Below, piece after piece: positions 1-11,257 of a stretch of 41,521 nt of DNA. A program made the position numbers and the translations under genes. Position 1 is the stretch's first letter; every line of letters starts with the position of its first letter. Source of the DNA: Catajapyx aquilonaris (Eukaryota); contig JYFJ02003448.1 of the NCBI GenBank assembly GCA_000934665.2, positions 1-41,521 of the forward strand. The letters are read 5' to 3'. The notes below the pieces were generated by a model, which was not told where the DNA came from, did not search any database, and saw only the letters and a list, made by a program, of their open reading frames with translations.

Positions 1-978
1 TGTGCTAGATTTTTTGTAATTAATGTCATAACTGTTTTTGGGTTTGTGCGGCCCCTCAGGTTCATTATCAACATTTACATCCCGCTAAGTAAGAAATTAA
101 CATAGTGGCAGCAATGTTTACCAGACCCCACAGAAATTCACTGTCCAAGGTATAATCGTATTTATTTCAGTTGTTAACTGTCAAATGAACTTCAAATTTG
201 GTATCCTCCTAGCTCAATTGTTACTATTCATAATTATCCATTCTAAAGTCCAGATAATCTTAATGGAAACTTTTTATCACATCCTGTGTATAACCCCACC
301 ACTCCATTTTTTGGGGGTGTCCCAATATTTTCAGATCAGGGCAAGTACCTACCCTGGTGCTTTTGGTCCCCTCTCAAGATGTGGCTCCTCGTCCTCCTCC
401 CAAGATCATTCTTCCCCTCCTACCCTCCACATTGGAGCATTGAATAATATTCAGCAATTATATTCCCTATTGATAATAATTAATAACTATATTTTAATAA
501 ATACATACCTGCATACATTCTGACCTTATTAAGCATGGCATATACATCACTTTTGCACACATAACTCAACTTTTTTGTTTTTGGAACTTACAGCCATTTT
601 GCCAAGCCCTTCATTTGATTTTGGATGCATTCCCACTTGTGTGATCAAGAAAGTCGTTGTCAGATGGTTATTATTGTGTTTTGCAATTTTCAGCAGTTAC
701 TTGGCACTGACAAGTTTGGTCAAAATATTACTGTAATTATCAGCAGTGATAAGAAGCAATAAATTATCTTTTCTACTCCTATCGTGTCCTATCACTCTTG
801 TCTCTTCTTAGACACAGAATGTGAAAGAATACCATCTTAAGGAAAAAATACGGATTTTGGGTTCTGCACGTAACACCCAAAAGGAAAAAAAAAATGTTAC
901 AGACATATCTGGATAGTCCATTTTGTGCTCTACCTGTATATGTGTTTTACTTTCCTTAATGTATACTGATTAGTGATT

Positions 979-1750
979 ACCACACGAAGTGAATTTTGCT
1001 ATCATGCTGCATTTCGACCCTTTTGTGACACCCTCAACCCAATTGGTGACACCTGGTTTTGCCCATTTTATGACACCCATTTTTTCTTTCTGAATTTTTT
1101 AATTTCAATTGTTAAAACCAGTTTTTCCGGTATGATGGCGGTTCTGGATTTTGTCTGAGTCTGGCGCACTCTATCACTGATGGTTTTATGCTTCTTTTTG
1201 AAGAGTATGTACATTGCACTCCCTATTATCCATGTTGCGGATTATCAGGGCATCGGCAAAAAGTTAAGTTAGAAATAAAAGTCCAAAGAAATGTCAGTTT
1301 GCCTCGAAAACGCATGAACTACCAAATCCTGACAGCCTAACATCTTACTTATGACAGAGGGTGTCATTAATATATTGGATCCGATCATCGTCAACGACTG
1401 AAAAGGCTATTCATCGAATGTTCCTTTTAGATCCTTTTCATAATCGTAAAACTATTACAATATGATTGTAAATGTAACAATTCGAATGTAAATAAACACT
1501 ATTTCTAAGGGTGTCATCAATTGGCATATGACAGATTTCAGTACCCAATTTCTGACACCCACACTGTCCACACTAACTCTTTAAATGCATCGGTATGATT
1601 AGAACAAACATTCACAAGAGGAAAAGGACATCTTCAATTACTAATTGTAACCTTCAAACTGTTTCCCCATTTTAAAATAAACGCGTAAAAACTTTCGAAA
1701 CGAAACTGCTCTTAACAGAATTGTCACTTCTCACCCCATATTTCACTGTG
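979..1750. mobile_element. possible degenerate Transib-like non-autonomous element
   Basis: The right end reads CACAGTG on the minus strand (1744-1750), followed by GAAGTGACAATTCTG..TTTCG, similar to the left GAAGTGAATTTTGC..TTTCG. Internal TGACACC(C) motifs occur in both orientations. Confidence 0.3.
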
Positions 1751-2769
1751 GCTGTGCAGCACTTGACAATCTAATCACGACTGACCTTCACCTCACTTAC
1801 AGGTTGTTAAATAAGGCTAGGAAGTGCTACCAAAGTGGTTAATTACTATGCTACATGTTTTGAATTCCTGTTATGTAACTTCTTCCATAGGTCATAAATT
1901 GGGTGAGGAAAATGGGGGGGGGGGGGNGGGGCAGAAATTGCTTCTCCCTCAGAAGGAGATATAAAAACATTGTTCTATTACTCGTTATATGTGGCTAAAT
2001 GGCACTATAAACATGTAAGCTGATTATTATTAGGTAATTCATTTTCTCCTTTCCCTTCCTCTAGTATCTATAGGACGTTCTAGAACACTTCCCTACACAC
2101 CCGTCCTGTACTGTACTGGCCTATTCCTATTGCACATGGTATACTGTATAAATAGTCCTGCATGATTAGGAGCATCCATTGCCCATGTACTAACAATGGA
2201 TCAGAGGCAAGTAACAGAAGGATTGAAGAGGATTCTCACCTGCCCACCATGCACGATGCCCAGAAAATGAACTGGGGGACGGACGGACGGAGAGGGGGGA
2301 AATATACCCGGATGTATCAGAGGGTTAGAAATAAGGGGCCAGTTATGTTCGGTTCGAATTCCCAGGGTTGGCACTATATCCAAGCTGTGTGGAACACATA
2401 GATCTACTGAAATTAATAATTAAATAATATTATGAAATGTTGGCAAATTAAATTAAGTTAATATATGCAGAGCTAATCCGGTGTGGTAATTGGTTGGATG
2501 TGGTTGGATGTCAACCAGCCGGCCAATCAGAGACTAGCAATATTATGACGTCACAAGCAGGGTGTCCAAAAAAATTAACAACTTTATTTCCAACTCCTTT
2601 CGGCCGTTAAAATTCGAACAGATTCGAACGGACCAATCGCAATAAATACCATACAAAACACGGTTATTTAAATTGTTATAAATAATATATGTAAAAAAAA
2701 GGTTGCATTTAATTAACTCGTTCAAATTACCTTTTAGCACTTCTCTGACAAATTAACAAATAACTGGCT

Positions 2770-3400
2770 TGTTGGATTAAACCTCCGAATCTGTGAAACA
2801 GTATTAGGATATGTCCCATGTTCCTGGCTCAACAGTGTTTTTTTATGATGTCAATAATTATTAGAGTTGGCCCCTCTCTCCTGTTGTCAGGGAATATAAA
2901 AATGCAGAACCTGCCTCCTACATACCCAGAATGTTGGACTTCTCCAATCTCTTCTATGGCCATCACTATCCATAGCAATGCCCATCAACACTCCTGCATG
3001 CCCTTGTGATACTTCCACTTTCCTGAAAAAGAAAGACACATTGGATTGTAGAAAAAAATTAAAGCATCTGAAAAAGTAAAGAGAGCAAACATTAGCAATT
3101 TTCGCTTTGTCGATTTCGACAACTTCTACATGTCCAGGACCTCCAATTTTCCCTTCTTCCTCATACATATCCTCCAACGATGGGAATTGGAAATTTTTAG
3201 CAACTGGAGAAGCTACAGCCTGTCCTTCCGCACCCAATTCAGAATCCAGGAAGATAGTCCAAGTGCCCCCTTGAGAAGTTTAGCATAAAATATAGGACGT
3301 TGGGAGCACCAACTGCAGTTTTCAAAGATGCTGCCCTTGGACATTGACTTGGACCACCGCAGCCCCTGTTGGTTGCACACCCAGTCAACCCTTCCATCTA
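2770..3400 (-). mobile_element. degenerate Merlin (IS1595/ISXO2-like) DNA transposase relic
   Basis: Minus-strand peptides in the expected order: WVCNQQG..SKSMSKGSIFENCS, EEEGKIGGPGHVEVVEIDKAKI, GKWKYHKG, FCIFIFPDNRREGPTL..DIIKKH/VEPGT..FTDS. These match the recalled ISXO2 consensus IGGPG..VEIDESK.GKRKYH.G...PDNR...TL...I...V.PGT.I.TD. Stops and frameshifts present. Confidence 0.75.
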
Positions 3401-4383
3401 TATATTAGGATTGAAACATAGGAACACACACTGTAAATCATAATGAAAATGATATATTCGAATGCTCTATTGTCATGCGGTGGGGGCCACTTGTGTTTCT
3501 CCCGTGAGGCCGTGACCCGCCCAAAGACCTGTCCGGCTTGGGAGACCCTGCCAGTAGACGAAACTACTGCCGGCATAGCTCTTCGGGGTCATTGGAGAAA
3601 CAAAAGCCTCTCCGACCACAACAAGAGAGATTGAAAACATTTTTTTCAAGTACATAGTATAGTGTCGACTTCTACAATGATGGTGTCTGACAAGTCATAC
3701 ATCACTGGGAAAATGTGTGGCTCTGCAGGATTGAAATAAAGTGAAAGACTAACATGTGTGCAATTTGAACCCTTTCTCTCTTTTTCTTCAACCCGAAGGT
3801 GCGAACTTTATGAACGTCACTCGGACATTCAATGCGACTAGGCCTACTTGGAAAATGAAGCACTCAAGAGATGGAGAACCAGATTAACAAGCAATTGCAC
3901 AATACATCATAAACCACACCACAGGGTGATGTTTTCATTTCTCTTCAATTCTTATATCAGTAATCACAATAACTTCCATGAGAGAAAGGTAATGAATGAT
4001 GAAGGTAATGAAATGAAGCAAGTTAATGTGAATGGTGGGCAAGTTAATAAATGCAAGTTTTCCATTAGGTTCATTGCACAGGTTTCATACATTGTTAATG
4101 TCAAGTTAAAAATGCTATTCATTGCTTGCAAAATATTCCCAACAGTAAGTTACACTTTTGTGTTCTAAAAGTCTATGGGGGGAAATGGGGTACACACCCC
4201 ATATCCCCCCATAGTAAAGCATTGCATGAGGGATAAGGGCAAACCAAAACCTGTGCACTAAATTGGGAGTGGAAGAGTCATGCTATATTTCTGCATCCTT
4301 TGTGACTATGCAAAAATTTACGGAGAGTTAAAATAGTCAGAGAAATAGAAATTTTCATTAAAAAATAAGTGATGTAAAGGGAA

Positions 4384-4727
4384 GGTGTGGTGGGTGAGAT
4401 GGTAATAACGTCTCGGCTTGCTGTGCGAAAGGTCCTGGGTTCAAATCCCTGCCCTGGAGTTCCCTTTCGCCTGCGTCAGTGGGTCTCTGGCCCGCGCCTA
4501 AGGAGGCGTCTTGGCAACCACCCTCCTGGGGGACTGCACATGACCCTTTTCAGACGTTGCACATGCACCTGTGTCCCCTCCCAAAATCTTCCACCCATAT
4601 CCTACATCCTTAATGTCCTTGCACGGAGTCTGAAGCAAACTGAAATATATATTCATATGGTGGTAATCCACCCCCTAAAAGGGCCCGTTCCTTCTAATGG
4701 GGTTTTAAAAATAACAACAACAACAAC

Positions 4728-4760
<33 letters not shown>
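4384..4760 (+). mobile_element. tRNA-derived SINE with (ACA)n(ATA)n tail
   Basis: A-box-like TGGGTGAGATGG, B box GGTTCAAATCC (about 4438-4448), 3' CCCCTAA..GGGCCC..TAATGGGGT motif, trinucleotide tail 4711-4760. No TSD found. Confidence 0.8.
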
Positions 4761-4762
<2 letters not shown>

Positions 4763-4829
4763 CTGTGGTCAGACGAAACTTGTACACTTTGCAACGATAC
4801 TGAACCATTTTCTTTATATCACTTTTTGT

Positions 4830-5106
4830 ACCGAAGCAGTTTGGAGTACGGGATATGGTGTCCGACTGCTAATCGGGAGGTCCTAGGATCAAATCCCGGG
4901 GCCGGCAACTCTGATCGTGGTTTTCTGTGGTTTCCCACGGTCCTTCCAGGAAAATTCCGGAGTTGCTTCCGTAATTAATAGGCCACAGCCGCTTCCTTCC
5001 GTCCCTATCCTACCCCAAAAAGCGCAGTAAAATGAAAGCAGAGTTCCAGGCAAAAACAAAAAAAAACTTCCCCCTAAAGAGCCGATAGGCTGATAACGGG
5101 GTATGA

Positions 5107-5155
<49 letters not shown>
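4830..5155 (+). mobile_element. tRNA-derived SINE with (ATT)n tail and 16-bp TSD
   Basis: TSD TTATATCACTTTTTGT at 4814-4829 and 5156-5171. B-box-like GGATCAAATCC. Central 'GTGGTTTCCC..TCCAGG..GGCCACAGCCGCTTCCTTCC'. Confidence 0.88.
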
Positions 5156-5161
<6 letters not shown>

Positions 5162-5659
5162 CACTTTTTGTTTGAATGCCAATTTTTCTATTCAACAAGA
5201 ATTAAATGTCTTGATGATGTATCTCCTCCACCTAAAATGTATTCTAGGTTACTTTTTGTTGCCCCCCACCACAAACTAATGACCAAATTGTATGATTACT
5301 TATTCAGAGAAGCTACCCGGCTACTCCCCTTTGCAGAAAATGTTGGTGGGAGATGAGTTAGGCATGGCATATTGTCCATCACATAGGGTGTGATGCGGTG
5401 TTAAAAGCTGGTCAGGCAAAATGTGTTAGTTCCATAGTATATGAGCCCAAAAACTGTCAATTCAAGCAAATACCGCAAGATCCAGCAGCATAGTGCAAGC
5501 AAAACCAGCAAGATCTATAGAAAAGTTTGTGATGGATCTTGCGGGTTTTGCTTTGCTGCTCTTCAGATATTGTGTTAACCTAATGCGAGTCGGGTCTTTT
5601 CTATCCTTGGATAAATAACTTATCTGGTATTGAGTGTCATTTGTGATTGTTCCGTATTT

Positions 5660-5715
5660 TCTTGTAAAGGAAGCCTTCCTTAAGGGCGCGAGCCCATGGA
5701 ATAATAAATTATTAA

Positions 5716-5768
<53 letters not shown>
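5660..5768 (+). repeat. probable 3' end of a retroposon with (TTA)n tail
   Basis: 'GGGCGCGAGCCCATGGAATAATAAATT' directly followed by (TTA)n. The 5' extent is unclear. Confidence 0.4.
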
Positions 5769-5769
<1 letters not shown>

Positions 5770-5770
<1 letters not shown>

Positions 5771-6121
5771 AATAATAATAATAATAATGGGTAGTGCTGA
5801 CTTTCTTGGTATTGCCCTGACCTTTATCTATTTTTGCAATTTTTACAATTAATTTGTTGTTTTTTTTACCATTTCTACTACAAACTTATATTTTCGTTGC
5901 AATGCCCTGGTCCACGGGCATGTGGGGAAGGGGAAGTGCCCCCTCAGAGCACCACATCTTTAATCCTGGCCCTGGGCAGAGTAGGGAGTGCGAGTCTGCC
6001 CGGACATGGGTAAAAAGTGGAAAAAGACCCGACCAAGCAGAGGTGACGGGGGACGGGATTTGAACCCCGGACCTCCTGCTTGGCTGGCCAGTAGCATAGC
6101 CACTAGACCACCATGCCCCCC
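5770..6121 (-). mobile_element. tRNA-derived SINE with (ATT)n tail
   Basis: Minus strand: GGGGGCATGGTGGTCTAGTGG (A box) ... GGTTCAAATCC (B box), non-tRNA body, ending CCCATTATTATT. Confidence 0.8.
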
Positions 6122-6380
6122 TCATTAACTATTAATAATTGTTAACTCATATTAATTGCCAAAAAACGTTGTTGAGGAAAATTCGAATCTAAAAATGCTA
6201 TTTGCAATCCTTCCATTCTTGCTTTCCTACATATATGCAATCACGTGACTGTTATTTAAGTGAGCATGACATTTGACTCTATTGACAGAGCTCCAAGCTG
6301 GGCCATTGACTGATCACCTAAAGCTGCAAAAGAAAACTTCATAATCCCCCAACTGATTGCTAGATATATACATATGTATC

Positions 6381-6485
6381 TACTATATCGCTCATAAACA
6401 TAGAGACGATTTTGCATTTGACTCAAGCGCAGCCTGCACTTGAATCAAATGCAAAATCGTCTCTATGTTTTTGAGAGATACAGTA
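6381..6485. repeat. 105-bp imperfect palindrome (hairpin MITE)
   Basis: TACTATATCGCTCATAAACATAGAGACGATTTTGCATTTGA... mirrored by ...TCAAATGCAAAATCGTCTCTATGTTTTTGAGAGATACAGTA. Confidence 0.8.
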
Positions 6486-6921
6486 GGCTACACTGCAAAA
6501 CTATTTTGTCTAGTTCCATGTCGTCTCAGCTCCTTTGATGATGAGTAATTTAAAAATTACAAATACAGAAAAACCTCAATATAACCCTTTCCAAGGGAAC
6601 AACACAAAGTAGATAAGCAGGAATCTTACATACATAAAGCAGAAAGTTTGTGGGTATATTTATTTGTTTGTATGTCATGCTTGTCTAACCCACCCATGCA
6701 AAAGAATGTGCTCTAACTGCTTGTGATAGAACTTTTCCCATATGTACAATACTTTCGGAGATCCTACGTAATTTCAGGAAATTTATTTTCGCAACAACCC
6801 TCGTAAAACGAAACTGTTATCTTTTGAAACTGAAATTAATGTGAAATGGTGTAAAACAAAGTGGCATAAAACAGTGTAAGTTTACCTGTACAGGTATTCA
6901 AGCTAGGCACATATAAATCAT

Positions 6922-7179
6922 ATATAATATTATTATAATAATAATGGATACCCCATAATAGGCCTCCTTGAATAACTGTCTTTAATCTTTGCCTTTGCTG
7001 CGATGGATTTTGATTGCGGGAGGAAACGGGAGAACCCCCAGAAAACCCACGCGAACACGGAGAGAACCCATCGAAACTCTATCCACATAAGCATCCTCCG
7101 TCCGACCCGGGGATCGAATTCGGGACCTTAAGAGGTGGAAGGCTGCGGCGCTAACCACTCCGCCACCGTGTCGCCCTTC
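6922..7179 (-). mobile_element. tRNA-derived SINE with V/Meta-like central domain (copy 1)
   Basis: A box TGGCGGAGTGG, B-box-like GAATTCGATCC, core GTGGGTTTTCTGGGGGTTCTCCCGTTTCCTCCC. Homologous to 18328-18592. Imperfect TSD CAT(A/T)TAAATCAT at 6910-6921 and 7180-7191. Confidence 0.85.
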
Positions 7180-7258
7180 CATTTAAATCATGTCATTTCA
7201 CATTGGGACCAACTAATGTTGTAATTTTCTAACACATGCATAGAACTTCAACTTACCA

Positions 7259-7591
7259 GGGAGACGGAGTGGCGCCGCGGTAACGCGTGCGCCCACGGAA
7301 GTTAAGGCCCCGGGTTCAATCCCCACCCGGGGTTCCCACCTTCTTTCGTGCAGAGTTGGGCCATCTCTGGCTTCGTTTCGGGTGGCAATTTCCGATAGAC
7401 TAAGCCACCCGGGGGAGTTCACAAAATGACCAATTAACGACAGCGCACTTGCACTTTGCACATCCCCTCCTATACTTACCCTTGGAACAATTAACATATA
7501 TATATTATATGGTTCCCAAAAAATAGTGGTATTCCACTCCCCTAATAAGGGCCCAAGGTCCGATAATGGGGTACCAAAAAAAAAAAAAAAA
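7259..7591 (+). mobile_element. young tRNA-derived SINE with poly(A) tail and 17-bp TSD
   Basis: TSD AGAACTTCAACTTACCA at 7242-7258 and 7592-7608. A box TGGCGCCGCGG, B box GGTTCAATCCC, pure A run from 7576, CpG-rich head. Confidence 0.92.
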
Positions 7592-8218
7592 AGAACTTCA
7601 ACTTACCAATGTTTGAGTTGTATACAGTTCCACAGTATCTTTTGAACATGTAGTGCCTAGAATTTGTCAATTTGTCAATAAAGATCCAGGAGAGATGGAA
7701 AGGTAAGGTGGCAAGCCTCCTATATGGCAGTCATTGACTCTTCTTTTGTATTCCTAGGTTTCACACTATTACATGCCTGGAACTAAATAAATTATTATAG
7801 GCCCAGATTCAAAAGCAGATAATGTCAATATTTTCAATCTATTTCAAGTCTGATGGAAAATGTACATAGAGCAACAAAACAATAACTTTGGAAAACAATG
7901 TAAACAAGTCCATAAAACTTATCACAATATCAACAGTCCAAATTTCTTTTTAACAAAGTAAAAGCCACCCAAGTAATTTGCAAACACAGAGCATGTATAA
8001 GATTACAATAGCTATTGCCATGAAAACAAATGGCTTTGGTATGAACTCGACTCTCATTATCACATGTAACATTCTAAATTACAACTTTTACAGATACACA
8101 TTTTCTCAAAAATATCCATTTATAAAAATGGTCTTTGCTATGTATAAGTGCTCTGTAAAAAGTACAACTGGATTTACAATTTTGGCATATTCATTTAAAT
8201 CTACTTAATATTACGCAT

Positions 8219-8386
8219 GTACAGTACTGGCCAATAATCGAGGCAACGACTAGCGACATTTTCCCGAAGCGGCAGAAGAAGGAATCTTGCTCGCCCGGCT
8301 TCTAGCATGCTTATCTTCGATTCCTTCTTCTGCCGCTTCAGGAAAATGTCGCTAGTCGTTGCCTCGATTATTGGCCAGTACTGTAC
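8219..8386. mobile_element. palindromic MITE, family shared with 32256-32442
   Basis: About 68-bp arms GTACAGTACTGGCCAATAATCGAGGCAAC...GAAGAAGGAATC and their reverse complement, around a loop of about 30 nt. Confidence 0.85.
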
Positions 8387-10036
8387 TAGGTAGGCCCACT
8401 TATTACAACAAATAAGCACTTAAATGCAATAACCATTCCCACCAAGTTATTATTACCAGCAGTGCTGCTGCTGGGTAACTGGCAACTACTTTATGTATTA
8501 GAATCCACAGGTGCTAGTTATGTGCTCAAAACCTTGTCACAATTTGTCAGTAACCAAAGCTTATTGGCACTCCTGTGAGATAACCCAACATCAGAGACAC
8601 TGTTAGATATTAATACCAAGAACTCATGGCACACTTGGATGAAACATTTTGTGCATTGTATGAAGTTGTCATAATAATATGGTTTAAAAACTGTCCCCAA
8701 ACCTTATGAAAAGTGACGCATGACATATCTGTGAGCCCACCATAATATAACTGTATAAAAAAACAAAACATAATTACTCATTATCAGTAAAGCTTGCCTT
8801 AGTTACATTACAAATACAAATACGTATTCATGCCTTCAGGAATATCACAATAAACCATACTAATAGTGTCACACTTGAAAACTCCCAAGGAAACCCCCCC
8901 ATGTGCCTCACACTGAACAATGGTTGTGTAAAACGTGCAAAAAAAAATAATTGCTCCAAGTACAAAATATTGGACAGTTTGTTATTTTTCTTCCCTACAG
9001 CCACAGGCACATGTGTTGGACCTCCATATTCAACCACACATACCTTTGAGCATAGAAAAAAAAAACTTGGATTATTATTAAAACCACAAGAACCATCATC
9101 ACATATTGCACCCTACTTAACTTTCTTGAATAATGTCATCAGTTTTCAAAATATAATTACATCAATTTTGCATATGTATTGTTTCAACCATCTCTCTTTT
9201 GGGGTGTTAGTATAACATGGTGCACAGAATCAATTGCATATATTATGCATGTATGTGTTCCATGACACACGAGGTTTCCCAGTTCCAAATTCAAGGTCCA
9301 GTATTATTTTCCAAGTTTGTATTATTTTTTTAAAATCCCAGTAATAAAAACAAATCTACATTATATTTTATAATGGCATGCCAGTGTAGTGGGTTACCCT
9401 AATTCTTAAAAAGCTAATGCTATTTGCCTCATGATTATTAACATCTAAGCCTAAAATAGATAATTGGGTACCAATTCATCCTTCAACTACAAGATTGCAG
9501 AGCAAATTCTTTCATAACCGTCATCTACTTGCGATACAAATTAAGGTATGCAATGGAGACACTACTCCTGGCTTGCAATACAGCGGAGGATATATTACTT
9601 TCTTCCAACATATGCCTATACAGTTTCCTATTCTGGAACATGAACCAGTTTTAGTGGCCTTTTCAAAATGAATTGAAATTTAAATGCCTTATTGATGACA
9701 ATTTCGGACCAAAGAATCCTCCATCCTGATCCCATGGTTTCACTTTTCCAGCTACAACCTGATACCACAATAGACATGCAACCTTCTTTTTTTCTCCAGT
9801 CTAACAACCAGGAGCTCTTACAAACAGGTAATTTTTTACATGTTATATTGCATTCCTCATGTCATATGGGAAAAATAGGGCAATACTTGTCTTATACCAT
9901 GTATTTCAAGATTACCTCACATATTAGTTGAAACAGAGCAAACTCTCCTGAGTCAAGTATGCATTCTCAAGTATCCCCTTCCAATATAATTTTTCCCTTG
10001 AACTGCTGCAATTTGTAGTGGAAGTTGTTTATAATA

Positions 10037-10095
10037 ACGTAAGACAACTGAAACTCATTGTCTAAAACAGACAATGAGTTTCAGTTGTCTTACGT
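10037..10095. repeat. perfect hairpin, 27-bp arms with 5-nt loop
   Basis: ACGTAAGACAACTGAAACTCATTGTCT-AAAAC-AGACAATGAGTTTCAGTTGTCTTACGT. Confidence 0.9.
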
Positions 10096-11257
10096 CCTAT
10101 CTATTCTGGTGCTGTAGAATTATACATTCAAAATTTGCAATTTTGCAGCATTTCCCAATGTAAAATAGCCACTGGAGATGCCAGAAACTGAGATATTTTT
10201 TTCCTTTAATTTCTATGGTATTGGTAGATGTCTTGAAATTTAGAGTTGCCAATTTCTCACTAAAACAGGAATTGATTATAATAAGTCCTAAATCATGCAG
10301 TATTGTATTGTACCATTTGACTGGGCCCTTGTAGCCAGTACTGGCAAATCATGTATTTTATTCAAAATCACCTTTAGAAAACGAAACGCAACCCTAAAAA
10401 TCACGCCCTGACATTTCTAGAAAGATATTACATAACGATTAATTCAGGATCATAGAATCCTCCCTCTGACCATTTCAAAAAAAATGTAAAATTGCAAATC
10501 TCAAATGTGGATTTCTGCCATACCAGAATAAATAAGGCAAAACTGTGATTCATGTTTTTATCTTACATTTAGGAACAATTTCCACTTAAAATTGTGAAAG
10601 ATTAAGGGGAAAAAATGCTGGAAGGGATCTTTATAGTCTGTCAGAAGAACTCAAGTTGCACTCCCAATGTGAAACTGCACCAACTCTCCCTTTCCTCTCC
10701 TCCCCTCAAGTCACCAAGTGAACTTACATTCGTAACAACTCTTCTGATATGGACTTGAGCTCAATTCTGGAAGCCATGGAATACTCCGAATATTGGAGTG
10801 CTTTCCACTTGCATTACAGTGGTCTAATTGATCAAGTTATGATATTACACCTCCGGGATCAGTTCCATGTATAATCACCATACAAGTGAAACACACTCAG
10901 TCTAATTTTGGCTGTTTTGAGTTATTTACACCACTAAGTAGCATTTTAAATGATTGATTTCTTGGTGGATTCAATTAAGTCCTAAAGATTATGAGCCAGC
11001 AAGCCAGAATTTTCCCTCTTCACTAGCCTGTAAGTGCAAGGTCAAATCTTTGCTTTGGATGATCTCAAAACTAGTTTTTTGGACTTCATGCATTTCTCCT
11101 GCATGCCAATTGCCAACTATGTTTTTCCAGGTTTCTCCAATGGCCTCTCCCTCCCCAACAAATCCCTCAACACAGAAGTGATCAATAATGCAGTTGGATA
11201 TTAATGACCTCATCACAGAATCCACAATTAAAATACCGATTCATATCTATGCAACTA

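Noticed and set aside
185..523. 112-aa ORF at the window start
   Set aside because: Low complexity, no recognisable motif and no consistent splice structure.
1913..1931. Long G run (and C run at about 13259-13277) as G-quadruplex features
   Set aside because: Both contain N bases, so the homopolymer length is unreliable.
4387..5852. ORFs with poly-Ile/poly-Leu/poly-Thr runs (4387..4803, 5010..5198, 5634..5852)
   Set aside because: They are translations of (ATA)/(ATT)/(TTA) SINE tails.
4384..7340. Several tRNA-like sequences with A/B boxes as genuine tRNA genes
   Set aside because: They lack a complete acceptor stem and a nearby poly(T) terminator. Each continues into a body, a simple-repeat tail and often a TSD, so they are SINE heads.
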